Notes under the pieces: generated by a model
Seen by the model: only the letters and a program-made list of their open reading frames with translations
Database searches by the model: none
What the model was told of the DNA's origin: nothing
Part shown: piece after piece, positions 40,191 through 50,294 of the stretch
Numbering within the stretch: position 1 is the first letter of the stretch
Layout of the letters: each line of letters opens with the position of its first letter
Position numbers and translations under genes: made by a program
Source: a virus
Lineage: Duplodnaviria > Caudoviricetes
Strand: one strand, 5' to 3'
DNA: 64,000 nucleotides
Virus record (IMG/VR): IMGVR_UViG_3300042258_000071
Location: 1 to 64,000 of that record

Positions 40191-40754
40191 ATGTTCCTCT
40201 TAGGATGCGGAACCATTATCACCTCCACACTTTTGGTACTTATAGGAAAACTAATACAGCATAAATATGTATTCCCTCTTTTTAGGTCTAAACGAGATAT
40301 GTGTTTCATATTTTATTTTGTATCAACCCTCCTTCCCTGGGTTATCTTCTGGGATGGATGGGATCTTTACTACTCTATTCGATATGAAATAATCCTAAAG
40401 TTAATGCTATCACTTGTATTAACATATGGCGTTGTCATAGGAACTTGCATTCTTGTGAGTTATATCCATTTTAAAATCATCTTACATAAAAGTATACACC
40501 ATCATTTAAAAACGATGGCTAATAGATATTTTTATCTGTCACTGTGTATCTGTTGGTCAATATATCTAGGGGTTATCCCGAATCTACTCATCTTCAGTCT
40601 CACAGTCCTTTCTATTCTTCCTTATTTCTTAAAATATCTTCCAACTGTTAGAACTATGTCGAGTAGATATGTCGACACTCTATATTGTGTTTTTTATCAG
40701 ACTTGTTACACCACTCTTGTCTTAACACTTCTTATTCTTGAAAATACACTCTAG
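40191..40754 (+). CDS. multi-pass membrane protein
   Basis: 5-6 hydrophobic segments. Confidence 0.7.
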   Translation: MFLLGCGTIITSTLLVLIGKLIQHKYVFPLFRSKRDMCFIFYFVSTLLPWVIFWDGWDLYYSIRYEIILKLMLSLVLTYGVVIGTCILVSYIHFKIILHKSIHHHLKTMANRYFYLSLCICWSIYLGVIPNLLIFSLTVLSILPYFLKYLPTVRTMSSRYVDTLYCVFYQTCYTTLVLTLLILENTL

Positions 40755-40845
40755 AAGGATATGCTGGATATATCAGAGAGTGGGTATAAGCCCCACTCTC
40801 TGATATACTTATGACCACTCCACTAGGATTCGGGGACAGATATAC

Positions 40846-41403
40846 ATGACTTGGGATTTCCAATTTATTGTCTTATTTTTTAGCTTTATGATCGGATATA
40901 TGACAACGTCTGATTACGGGAAATATGTGGTCTTTACAAGGATATTGTCATATTTCTCATGGGGGATAGTTAACATCTTGTTCATCCTTGCGATCATGCT
41001 TGATAAGGGAGAGCATGTGTATCGCGGGGTTGCATTGATTGCACTGTTTTTAGTTCTATTTACAAGCACTTTCCCTTATAAGAAATCCTCTCTCGCGTCT
41101 CACATCCATTATACGAAGATCGTTCCATCACATCATCACAGAGTCATCATAGGACTCCTTATCATACATGGAAGTATTCCTCTTCTTTTAATGATGATTT
41201 TAAAATATTTATTTGGGTTTACACTTATCCCTTATCTTTATTTCATATATCCCGTTATGATTACAGGTATCTATATTCTAAGCTATCATAGAAACAGAGC
41301 CCCTCAAAATGTTCCGTCTTGGATATACGGAAGACTCACAGATGGACTATCTACTATGATGTTCGGATACGCTATCTATGAGACTCTATTTTCAACACCT
41401 TAA
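40846..41403 (+). CDS. multi-pass membrane protein
   Basis: 5-6 hydrophobic segments. Confidence 0.7.
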   Translation: MTWDFQFIVLFFSFMIGYMTTSDYGKYVVFTRILSYFSWGIVNILFILAIMLDKGEHVYRGVALIALFLVLFTSTFPYKKSSLASHIHYTKIVPSHHHRVIIGLLIIHGSIPLLLMMILKYLFGFTLIPYLYFIYPVMITGIYILSYHRNRAPQNVPSWIYGRLTDGLSTMMFGYAIYETLFSTP

Positions 41404-41430
41404 CCAACCCTCCACTAGGGGAGTTAGATT

Positions 41431-42009
41431 ATGAATGACTTTACATATTACACCATCCTGGGACTCTTTACCCTAGCTCAAATATGTCGAGGACACATCT
41501 CTTTACAATACTGGACAGGCATCAGAACACAAGTTGAAACAGTACACTATTCAGGATGGATCATAACGTCATTTTTATTATGGTGTATTATCCTCTTTAA
41601 CTATGAACCAACCTTTACATATGTTGCTATTATCATAGCAAGTATTAGCACGTTTACATCTCTCCCCTTAAAAGTCTTTAAAGAACTCTATGATGATCAG
41701 TATTTTTATCCTTCAAGAAAGTATATCTATTTAAAACTCACAATGATAAATGTCACGATTTCAGGGATGTTAAGTATTTTTATTGACATATCAACCCATA
41801 GAGCTTTAACCTATCACATCTTAATAACACCTGTTGCAATATTCACATATTTAATACTGCTATTCTTCTATCTACATAAGAGACATCTAAAAAAATATGT
41901 CCCTAAATCTACAATTTATACATCGATATCTCTTTATCATCTTATCACAGCGTATAGTTATTATTATTTAATTCACTATACAGATCCTTTTGTTATTTTA
42001 AGAGGCTAA
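41431..42009 (+). CDS. multi-pass membrane protein
   Basis: 5-6 hydrophobic segments; GGGGAG SD; followed by hairpin 42019-42052. Confidence 0.7.
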   Translation: MNDFTYYTILGLFTLAQICRGHISLQYWTGIRTQVETVHYSGWIITSFLLWCIILFNYEPTFTYVAIIIASISTFTSLPLKVFKELYDDQYFYPSRKYIYLKLTMINVTISGMLSIFIDISTHRALTYHILITPVAIFTYLILLFFYLHKRHLKKYVPKSTIYTSISLYHLITAYSYYYLIHYTDPFVILRG

Positions 42010-42064
42010 CATATAACAAGGTAAGAGGATGGGGATCCCCATCCTCTTACCTCTATAGGTATTT

Positions 42065-42709
42065 TCATTTAGAAAGGTGAGAGAGTTTCTCTTTAGAAAA
42101 TAATGATATCTCATGTTCTAAAATTTCCTTAATACTAACAGGTGTATTATACAGTGTGACTTTTGAATTTAAAAGAGACTTAGAAAACAAATGTTCGATG
42201 ATAAGATATGGATTTACATATCTGTTAGATAAGATAGATTTAACACATTTCTCAAAAGATAACCTACCTGATGATACAATGAGATATTCAAACTTCTGTG
42301 AAAAATCTTTAACATCACATGCATGTAAATCTTCTTGTGATTTAATACCGTCAAGCACAGATACAAGATCATTTAAAGAGTCTTCTGGAAGTATACTGTG
42401 GAGTTTATACTTGTCATATGCATCTTTTAGTACATTAAGATAAAATGACTTATCACATTCATTTTCAATAAATTGTGTTGCTATAAAAGAACATCTTTGA
42501 TTGAACTTATGTACATAATCAACATTAAAATCCGATAAGTAATGATAAGACATAAAACACGGAAAGAATATGTCAAATAAAAAATTAGAGAAGTCAAAAT
42601 ACCGATTACCATAATACTCTCTCAAACTACAATAATGTCTATACATATTTTCAGGAGAAGAATTTTCATCTGTGATAGATTTTATAAATTCAATTTTAAC
42701 TATATTCAT
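42065..42709 (-). CDS. hypothetical AT-rich protein (214 aa)
   Basis: Isolated minus-strand ORF bracketed by hairpins at ~42019 and ~42793. Confidence 0.65.
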   Translation of the reverse strand: MNIVKIEFIKSITDENSSPENMYRHYCSLREYYGNRYFDFSNFLFDIFFPCFMSYHYLSDFNVDYVHKFNQRCSFIATQFIENECDKSFYLNVLKDAYDKYKLHSILPEDSLNDLVSVLDGIKSQEDLHACDVKDFSQKFEYLIVSSGRLSFEKCVKSILSNRYVNPYLIIEHLFSKSLLNSKVTLYNTPVSIKEILEHEISLFSKEKLSHLSK

Positions 42710-42829
42710 ATCCGATTCCCTTCTACTACGTATTTGGTATATGGTAATTCCTATATTACATTTAGTATTTTAAATCTCTAGATATACAAAATGATAGTTA
42801 GGAGAGGGGTTCCCCTCTCCTAACTATCT

Positions 42830-43270
42830 AATGCTTTACTATAAGATAACTCTTATATTTTATCTATTATTTCCAATTAAATTTTTTAAATCATACACTT
42901 TTAAAAGGTTTCATTAAAAATTTCTTATAGAGTACTGCGTTGATTTTTGATTTGAAATTAATTTGAATTTGTAATTTTATTATTTTGAATTTTGGTTTTG
43001 AAATTTGTATAGAGTTATATCTAGTATAATTATTATAACATAGTTATGTCTTCGAATATATTAAATAATTAAAGTAACCGTCGCTTGACGTTTTAGAGGT
43101 TTTGAAAAATAATGAAAAATCCCCTAATAATAATTTAAATTATACATTTGTATTATTATATTTAAACATTCACTCATTTAGAGGTGTTTTATCTTCAAAT
43201 TTCTAAAATATATATTTCATGAAAGTGAAGCTTAGTATAGAGACTGTAAGTTGAAATGAGAGAAAGTATT
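42830..43270. other. very AT-rich non-coding region with clustered TTTGA-like motifs
   Basis: Visibly more AT-rich than its flanks, no credible ORF. Confidence 0.6.
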
Positions 43271-43274
43271 TAAA

Positions 43275-43841
43275 ATGAAAGACATTTCTAAAGGACATTA
43301 TTTTGGAATATGTGCAAGAGTTAATTGTCATCACGAATATGCTATCTGGAAGAATAAACATACTAACACGTATTATTGTTCTAGATGTGCAGAGCATCTT
43401 AATGAAGATATCACTACCAAGAAAGATGCTAGGAGACTATATACAACACCTAACATGTTTCATCTTGACATCCCACCTAGTGGATATGCTTTATATGTTG
43501 GAAAGCAGTATTCTACTTGTTTAGAATCTATATATACAAAAGTAACAACACTAGAAGAGATTTCTCATATCTTTAAATTACGGGGATGTCCGGATGTCAT
43601 TGACATTGACTGGGATTTTACATCTGTTGTAGACCTTCTAGATCTTATCATACAGACACATTCTAACGACACATCTTTTAGTATGAAGGAATTTCCACTA
43701 CTCATTTTCATCACCTGTAAAATCAATAATGTTCTCACGTGTAAATTATCGAATATAGCTGTTAATAATTATCATGAAACTGTAACACGAATTAGTGTCA
43801 CTGAGCTTAAGAGACGCTACCGGGAACTTATGGAGTATTGA
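43275..43841 (+). CDS. Zn-finger protein with a degenerate receiver-like domain
   Basis: CARVNC and YYCSRC; TTLEEI...RGCPDVIDIDWD resembles cyclic-phosphate-processing receiver domains. Confidence 0.45.
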   Translation: MKDISKGHYFGICARVNCHHEYAIWKNKHTNTYYCSRCAEHLNEDITTKKDARRLYTTPNMFHLDIPPSGYALYVGKQYSTCLESIYTKVTTLEEISHIFKLRGCPDVIDIDWDFTSVVDLLDLIIQTHSNDTSFSMKEFPLLIFITCKINNVLTCKLSNIAVNNYHETVTRISVTELKRRYRELMEY

Positions 43842-43894
43842 CAGATGTTTTATGAACATATCTAAGGTGGGATTTCCCACCTTAGATATAGATA

Positions 43895-43902
43895 TATATT
43901 AC
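43895..43902 (+). promoter_or_regulatory. phiKZ-type early promoter
   Basis: tatatattactattttga directly after hairpin 43858-43889. Confidence 0.75.
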
Positions 43903-43939
43903 TATTTTGAATCTTCTTATAATCTGGAGACGTTCTCTT

Positions 43940-44461
43940 ATGGCCATTATTAAATATGAAGCTGGTAAAATATTAACGTGGGAGGATGACCGAAATATCC
44001 CAGGCACACGTTATTGTCTTAACTGTAAACAAATGCATGACCGTGAGATCCATGATGATCAGGTTGTTGTATATTCAACTCATGACCGTACATTAGATTT
44101 TGAGGCAAGGTATCTTGGAGATCCTATCTATGTTGTTGCAGGATTCTTAGGTCGTCATTATTCGGATGTAACACCCACCATTGTTAAATACCTCTCCACA
44201 GGGATTGAACTGACAACTATTGTAGATGTTCTTAAGCTTGTTAAAGATCCTATTACAGAAACATCTTGGGAGATCTTACTTATTACCCAATACGGCGTTC
44301 GTAGAATTATCTATACACCAGATAAAGGGCTTCGAATTGTCTCAAATCTACATGCTGTGACAGAAACATTGTATTCTGGAATGGGAATCTCTTCTCTAGA
44401 GGATGTGTCAACCCATCCCTACACAAAACACACAGTCTCACGATGTGTGTTGCAACCTTAG
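43940..44461 (+). CDS. hypothetical early protein with CxxC
   Basis: ATG at 43940 after GGAG; RYCLNCKQMH. Confidence 0.6.
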   Translation: MAIIKYEAGKILTWEDDRNIPGTRYCLNCKQMHDREIHDDQVVVYSTHDRTLDFEARYLGDPIYVVAGFLGRHYSDVTPTIVKYLSTGIELTTIVDVLKLVKDPITETSWEILLITQYGVRRIIYTPDKGLRIVSNLHAVTETLYSGMGISSLEDVSTHPYTKHTVSRCVLQP

Positions 44462-44699
44462 AGGGTTACGAATTATGATTATGAATGATAAGATACAGAG
44501 ATATAAATATCTTCATCGAAAGGTATACCCCTTCATTCGGGTACCTAAGATTACAATGGGATCTGACGATGGAGATGTGGTGTTTAACATAGAGTATCGT
44601 CCATATACTCTCCAAGAGATCGATGACCTTATCAAAGGTCTTGAAGGCGCGTTGCGCGTATCTTCTAAAAACAGACGGTCTAACAAGGTCATGTCGTAA
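44403..44699 (+). CDS. hypothetical protein (true start probably ~44475)
   Basis: GAGG upstream of the internal ATG. Confidence 0.5.
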   Translation: MCQPIPTQNTQSHDVCCNLRGLRIMIMNDKIQRYKYLHRKVYPFIRVPKITMGSDDGDVVFNIEYRPYTLQEIDDLIKGLEGALRVSSKNRRSNKVMS

Positions 44700-44836
44700 A
44701 GAGACAGATCTCTTCAACATGATTTTTCATGACTTAAATGTTCACTATGTGTGTACTTTTAATGTTCTGATATTTGTAGTTAAGGGGGTGTGCGTATACC
44801 TACCTTGACCCTGTACATTTGTCCCTATAACGAGGT

Positions 44837-45667
44837 GTGTGTAACATGAAAAATAGCTTATTTAAATTTCTAACTCAGAAATCAACTTCTAAGAGAAACG
44901 ATCTTGAATCTAAAGATCATAAATTTAACCTTAAGACGTACTTGGAAGATATTACAAGTGAAGAATCTCTTAATGATCTTAAGAAAGACGTTGTATTAGA
45001 AGCTTTAAAAACTCCTCCCGATGAGAGACTCTCTCTTGTGCGGGTCCATGTCCCGGTACAGGGAGTTTTCCCATACACCCTCCAACGTACGACTGATGGG
45101 TTTGGCCTTATCGATTCAGAAGCCCATGGAGGAGAGAGGTATCATGAGTGGTACGATAGACAATCCTCCCTTTTTGCCTCTCACATTCTTCAACACCCAA
45201 CATTATGTAAACGATGGCAACATACTTTTCCAGGGAGTGGCCTGGTGTATGAGGTATTCTATTCATACATAGCTCAAACTTTTAAAATAATGATCGCTTT
45301 CATAGGGAACCCGGTCGGCCCTTCTGAACATTATACCTATATCCTAAATCCCGGTAGTTTGATGTATGAATTTATTGGTGAGGTACCTTTATCTGTGTAT
45401 GGTGTACCTACAAAACGTGAACTCGCAATATACACAGATTGGTTATCTCGTAGAATGTTAAATACTGCATCTGCAGCTATGGTTCTTGTGAATCACGAGC
45501 TTCAAATGCAGCAAGAAGATCGTGATACAACAAATCGTGTAGGGGTACTTCAATGTACGGAAGTTCCTTTAAGTCCAGACGCTCATCCTTCAAGCGTTTA
45601 CGCTATCCATAAACAACTGTCAACATCTCTTCTGTCAGATTTTCTAAAACACCTATCGAACCCTTAA
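44837..45667 (+). CDS. hypothetical protein (276 aa)
   Basis: GAGG SD; long ORF. Confidence 0.7.
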   Translation: MCNMKNSLFKFLTQKSTSKRNDLESKDHKFNLKTYLEDITSEESLNDLKKDVVLEALKTPPDERLSLVRVHVPVQGVFPYTLQRTTDGFGLIDSEAHGGERYHEWYDRQSSLFASHILQHPTLCKRWQHTFPGSGLVYEVFYSYIAQTFKIMIAFIGNPVGPSEHYTYILNPGSLMYEFIGEVPLSVYGVPTKRELAIYTDWLSRRMLNTASAAMVLVNHELQMQQEDRDTTNRVGVLQCTEVPLSPDAHPSSVYAIHKQLSTSLLSDFLKHLSNP

Positions 45668-45683
45668 ACAGGGAACTATTCAC

Positions 45684-45890
45684 ATGGCACTTAACGTACT
45701 ATCCGACACAGAAGTTGAAGCAACTTCTCATCCGGTAAAGGATGTGATGAACAATCTTTTTAGTGGTGAGCTTCTTTCTTCTAAAGTTAAGCTCTTAGAA
45801 GAGAAAGTTAAATCAGATTCTACTATATTTTCACATACGACATTACGGATGTTGCACCAGTGTTGGGAACTCGATTCCTTACAACCGTAA
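45684..45890 (+). CDS. hypothetical protein (68 aa)
   Basis: ORF in operon context. Confidence 0.5.
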   Translation: MALNVLSDTEVEATSHPVKDVMNNLFSGELLSSKVKLLEEKVKSDSTIFSHTTLRMLHQCWELDSLQP

Positions 45891-46207
45891 TCACCAATGC
45901 TCTTAAATTCTCTTTAGGAAAAGAATATTGGACTTCTCCTAGAAATCAAAATCATGGTGACAAAATACTTGTTTATATCCATGCGAAAAAACAATTTGCT
46001 AAAATACCCTGTCAAATGTTAACGTACACCATAAAAAATAAAGATGGAGCCACAGAAGATACATATATCGTATGTAAAGATATGGTTGATGCATTCAACT
46101 CTCTTCTCCTTGTCAGTATGCAAACCGATCAAACTGTTTCTTCATGGTCAATCAGTGAAGTTAAACATGCATCAGACCCTCAATGGTTAGACAATTCTTC
46201 AATTTAA
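45860..46207 (+). CDS. hypothetical protein (115 aa)
   Basis: ORF followed by hairpin 46217-46252. Confidence 0.5.
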   Translation: MLGTRFLTTVITNALKFSLGKEYWTSPRNQNHGDKILVYIHAKKQFAKIPCQMLTYTIKNKDGATEDTYIVCKDMVDAFNSLLLVSMQTDQTVSSWSISEVKHASDPQWLDNSSI

Positions 46208-46260
46208 AAATATACAAGATAAGAGGGTGGGGTAATCCCCACCCTCTTATCTCTATGTGT

Positions 46261-47358
46261 TTATTTTTTGAGTTTAAGTTCTTTAGCAATCTGAGATCCG
46301 AGCTCTACGAAGAGAGAACCCTGGCTTAGAACAATGTAGGGCATGCGGATATTTGCAAGTGTTATATATGCGCGAAGGTTCAAAATATGATCGCGCCCGA
46401 CCCCATCTAAGAGGAACGTGATCCAACGATTCATGGAGAAAACACTATCCTTATCAGCCCCATTTGTAATCATTTGATCACGCTTGGCTGTGAGTTCCAT
46501 ATGTGTGTCGAGAAACCTGATGAAATCGTCTTCAAGTTTAGGAAGTCGTTGAAGTTCTTTAAGTATAGATTTATAGTTGTTAACATCGTGATATCCAAGC
46601 TCCGTCAAAGAACCTGAATACTCCATGATCCAGAAGCGGGGGCCAAGTTTATATTGACCCTTAGCAGGGTCTAGTATGAGATATTGTTCAAGTGGTTTCG
46701 TAATATCTTTAACTTTCTTAAAGTTCTCTTCAAGGTCCCCCCGATTTGTAGGAGGGGCTATTTCAAGAATCTGTTTAGGGATACCACTGCCATTTGCAAA
46801 ATCGTTAAGGGACTTAACGATATCTTTCATGCTACCAACACTGTGGAGGCTAAATCCTTTGGCATATTCCGTATTGAATACAGAATTAGAGGTCTTTCGC
46901 TTAAAGACCTCTATGACATTCTCAATATCACTATCTACAGCACGAACATAATTACCCATCTCCATCTGTTCGTTATCAGAGAGACTTCCTTTATTGCGAT
47001 CTTTAAACCAATTAGAAATATTTTTTATAATACCTGCTAAAAACTCTTGTGCAACTTGCGGATTATAGGTAACATCAGAAGATGTGAGGCCTTCAACTGA
47101 TGCAGATACAAAAGAGGCAAGAGCTCTTTCTCCACCGAACTGTTCAACCGCTGCTTTTAACGCGACAGATTCACAATACGTTTGAACCTGACGTTCATGT
47201 TCTCGTAACGTTTCAAGAGCACGTTCAAACATGAGAAATTTAGAGGTAAGATCAGATAATGTGGTCGTCCCTGTAAGAGCCGTGTTAAGACGTGCATGCG
47301 TAGAGGTGTCTTCTAAAATATTTTCAGGTGAAAGCTGCGTTTGAAGAGCGTCGAACAT
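46261..47358 (-). CDS. internal head protein (protease-matured family)
   Basis: N-terminus MFDALQT resembles MFDSLQT of 18856; ALE, AVE, SVE and AQE sites then LAGIIKNISNWF. Confidence 0.6.
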   Translation of the reverse strand: MFDALQTQLSPENILEDTSTHARLNTALTGTTTLSDLTSKFLMFERALETLREHERQVQTYCESVALKAAVEQFGGERALASFVSASVEGLTSSDVTYNPQVAQEFLAGIIKNISNWFKDRNKGSLSDNEQMEMGNYVRAVDSDIENVIEVFKRKTSNSVFNTEYAKGFSLHSVGSMKDIVKSLNDFANGSGIPKQILEIAPPTNRGDLEENFKKVKDITKPLEQYLILDPAKGQYKLGPRFWIMEYSGSLTELGYHDVNNYKSILKELQRLPKLEDDFIRFLDTHMELTAKRDQMITNGADKDSVFSMNRWITFLLDGVGRDHILNLRAYITLANIRMPYIVLSQGSLFVELGSQIAKELKLKK

Positions 47359-47387
47359 GTGGCGTATCCTTTTACATGTAATTGGTT

Positions 47388-48158
47388 CTACCGTAAAGAG
47401 TGTATAAACTCTTCAAAGCTTCGAATACTTGAAGATTTTAAAGCATCATATGATTTGTTTACAAGAGACATGATTGTCCCAGTAAGGGTTTTCATATTTG
47501 CTTTTAAGAATCCCTGTGTGGTATTATGCACATACGTTTCATGATAGACAACATGATCGTAAATGCACTGTAAAATACTCCCAATCGTTTGTTCATCCTT
47601 TATGGAGACGGGGACGAATTCAGAGATAGTCGCTACTCGAATAAATAATTCATCACATAATGTTCTAAAGTCTTCTATCTCAGAAGTCTCAAAAGGGAGA
47701 TATCCTGTGTGTTCAAGGGATTCTGAGAGAGGGTAGAGTGTAAATTTAGGGAGAGAATGCCCTGTGTAGATGTAAAACGATCCCTTCCTCTTAAGTCCAC
47801 TCATGTTATTTTGACTTAAATATTTAGAAGCATTATTAAGATATATAAGGATATGATCATCTGATAAATGACTTGGAAATCTCTTTAAGATTTGAAGAAC
47901 AAGAAATAACGACCCACCCTCCTTGTGAAGGAGTGATGTGTAAACATCTATGGGGAGCGTTTCAATTTCAAGTTCTTCCGTCTCCCCTCGTGAGGTATAT
48001 GGGGTATTTCGGATCGTGTGATGTAAATCTTTAAGATAACAAGAGGGTTCTATCATCAGGCTATCTTCAATGGATCTGCTATTTTGTAAGTCCCCAAGAT
48101 TCTGTAGGAGCTTTTTGAACAATGAGTCTTCTATATGCGCGGTGGTCATGGTGGACAT
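47388..48158 (-). CDS. hypothetical protein (256 aa)
   Basis: GGAG SD; ORF. Confidence 0.65.
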   Translation of the reverse strand: MSTMTTAHIEDSLFKKLLQNLGDLQNSRSIEDSLMIEPSCYLKDLHHTIRNTPYTSRGETEELEIETLPIDVYTSLLHKEGGSLFLVLQILKRFPSHLSDDHILIYLNNASKYLSQNNMSGLKRKGSFYIYTGHSLPKFTLYPLSESLEHTGYLPFETSEIEDFRTLCDELFIRVATISEFVPVSIKDEQTIGSILQCIYDHVVYHETYVHNTTQGFLKANMKTLTGTIMSLVNKSYDALKSSSIRSFEEFIHSLR

Positions 48159-48327
48159 TTATAACTCCAGGTGGTGGATGGTGGAAATATCGGACATACC
48201 TCCTACCACTTGCTCACAGCGTGTACCCCAATTTATCCCCTTAATATATGGGAATTTAAAGTCCATATCATGAAAACGCTAATCTGCTGAAGATTTAGAG
48301 TAATAATGCTCATAGTTCTATCATCTA

Positions 48328-48335
48328 TATATTCC
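48328..48335 (+). promoter_or_regulatory. early promoter variant (TATATTCC)
   Basis: tatatattcctatt upstream of the Nudix gene. Confidence 0.45.
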
Positions 48336-48374
48336 TATTAGGATTAATAATAATGACCTTTATGGAGGTTTAAC

Positions 48375-48935
48375 ATGGCTAAATATCTTCAACGTGTAAG
48401 GATCATTCCTATCTGTAAGGAACACCCAAGTAATTTCTATATCGGGTATGGAAAAATGATTCCTTCCGAGAGTGTGTGTTACTGGCAACTCGCAGGTGGG
48501 AAAGTCGAATCTGGTGAGACCATCATTGATGCAGCTTATCGGGAGCTAAAGGAAGAATTCGGCATTTCACCAAACCCAGAATCTGATCCTTATCCTTGGA
48601 CGGCGATTCTTACAGGGACCTCCTTTAAGACTGAATATAATTTAAAGTGTGACCCCTCAAAATTATCAAAAGAACAGCTTCGCCGACGTAAGGAATATTG
48701 TGGTGTTGAAACTCACGTCGTAAGTCTTTTCATAGATCGCAATGCATTCATAGCAGCGACTCGTGAGGTAACTGAGGTTGCAACTGTGAATATTCAAGTG
48801 TTCGAGTTGCTTACAATTAAAAATCCAGAAGCAATGCAATCTGAACATCGAGAAGCATTCACTAGTATGTATCGTGAAGTACTTCGTGTAATGGGTGCCG
48901 ATGGTCAACCTTCTTTTATATCTCTGGAGACGTGA
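48375..48935 (+). CDS. Nudix hydrolase
   Basis: Complete Nudix box GGKVESGETIIDAAYRELKEEFG; GGAGGT SD. Confidence 0.9.
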   Translation: MAKYLQRVRIIPICKEHPSNFYIGYGKMIPSESVCYWQLAGGKVESGETIIDAAYRELKEEFGISPNPESDPYPWTAILTGTSFKTEYNLKCDPSKLSKEQLRRRKEYCGVETHVVSLFIDRNAFIAATREVTEVATVNIQVFELLTIKNPEAMQSEHREAFTSMYREVLRVMGADGQPSFISLET

Positions 48936-49874
48936 ATGTTAGATAGTTCTTATCATGAAGAGGCTAAAAAAGATTTTCTTAATGGAGGATCTTGTCTTAA
49001 ATTCTATCGGAAATATTTAGGATTGTCACAACATGCATTTATGGACAGTGTCGATGACCCAATCTCACAACCGGCATATTCTACAATGGAACTGTACTCT
49101 ACTTTAAACTACTTTGAATGTCAGACATACTCCTCATCCTACACCTTAGGTAGTATAAATAGATGGGCAAGATCACATGGTCTGTCCCTCTCAGATATCA
49201 TTCCAATGTTTGATGAAATCATGGAGACCCGAAGAAAGTATGGGGAACATCCACTTCGGCAAATTCGAACTCTAAAGGGGTTAGATCAACCTCAGCTCTC
49301 TGAAACTTCAGGAGTACATCGGTGTGTTATATCTGGCATTGAGATGCACATGACGGGAGGTTTGGGTTTAGACAACAATTCCTTAGAGATACTTTCTGAT
49401 GCAATGAGTGTTCCATTTGAAAGTGTCCGATTTGATGCTAAGAAATATGGTGTAAAGACACATTTTGAGGAGCATATGTCCATCCAGGGTCACACATCTG
49501 GGTCCTTAGGTGTAGAGTTAGATATTGATTACCACATTGTAGTGTCTATCGTTCGATGTAAATCGATTTACCACCTGTTCAATCAACTACCCGTTATAAA
49601 AAGAATGGCAGAATACTTGATGCTTTCAGTAGAGGATTTGGTCCCTGATATAGCCTCGTTTCACAATGTTCTTCTCAAGAGAGGTTACTCTCCAATTTAT
49701 GTGAATCAAATATTGCAAGGGAAGAGTATCTGCGATATCTTGAAAGAAACTGGCCTTTCAAAATCACACCTCTCAAAGGTCATTAATCGGGGTGCATTTT
49801 GCAGTTCTGATGTTGCATTTAAGATTGCAAAATGCCTTAATATAAAGCCTTCTCTTATTCTAAATCATGGATAA
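48936..49874 (+). CDS. multi-HTH (tandem XRE/Cro-like) DNA-binding protein
   Basis: About four HTH units: LKFYRKYLGLSQ, LRQIRTLKGLDQPQLSETSGV..ISGIE, QGHTSGSLGVELDI and QGKSICDILKETGLSKSHLSKVIN. Confidence 0.75.
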   Translation: MLDSSYHEEAKKDFLNGGSCLKFYRKYLGLSQHAFMDSVDDPISQPAYSTMELYSTLNYFECQTYSSSYTLGSINRWARSHGLSLSDIIPMFDEIMETRRKYGEHPLRQIRTLKGLDQPQLSETSGVHRCVISGIEMHMTGGLGLDNNSLEILSDAMSVPFESVRFDAKKYGVKTHFEEHMSIQGHTSGSLGVELDIDYHIVVSIVRCKSIYHLFNQLPVIKRMAEYLMLSVEDLVPDIASFHNVLLKRGYSPIYVNQILQGKSICDILKETGLSKSHLSKVINRGAFCSSDVAFKIAKCLNIKPSLILNHG

Positions 49875-49888
49875 CTTGGAGATCTCTT

Positions 49889-50227
49889 ATGACGCCTCAT
49901 TTAGACAAAGGATCGTTTACACATCTTGGATGTGAATATGATCTAAATATTCTACTTGAAAATGTCGCTGGTCGTCAGACCGTAGAAGTTCCTGTATCTG
50001 AGCTCATATGGATCTTTAAGTATGATACGAATGTTGATTCTGTGAAGACGAATGTGGATCGATCAAAACCGATACTCATCCATGAGGATCCTACCAGTGG
50101 TAAACTGGTTACGATCGATGGACTACATCGATTAACATTGGCTGCTCAGCTTGGTGACTATGTCATTCAAAGCATCTTTGTTTCGGACGATGATTTAAAA
50201 GATGCTGCATATAAAAATAGCGTGTGA
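49889..50227 (+). CDS. stand-alone ParB/Srx N-terminal-like domain protein
   Basis: PILI.......LVTIDGLHRLTLA motif. Confidence 0.75.
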   Translation: MTPHLDKGSFTHLGCEYDLNILLENVAGRQTVEVPVSELIWIFKYDTNVDSVKTNVDRSKPILIHEDPTSGKLVTIDGLHRLTLAAQLGDYVIQSIFVSDDDLKDAAYKNSV

Positions 50228-50232
50228 TATAA

Positions 50233-50282
50233 ATAGAAGGTGGGTCCCATGTGGGACCCACCTTCCTCTTCTATTTTTTTTT
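50233..50282. terminator. bidirectional terminator
   Basis: gaaggtgggtccca-tg-tgggacccaccttc plus T-run, between convergent genes. Confidence 0.8.
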
Positions 50283-50294
50283 GTTAGAATAGGT

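Noticed and set aside
43940-44461. Proteasome-beta/HslV-like Ntn hydrolase
   Set aside because: Only a vague resemblance, and it lacks the N-terminal catalytic Thr
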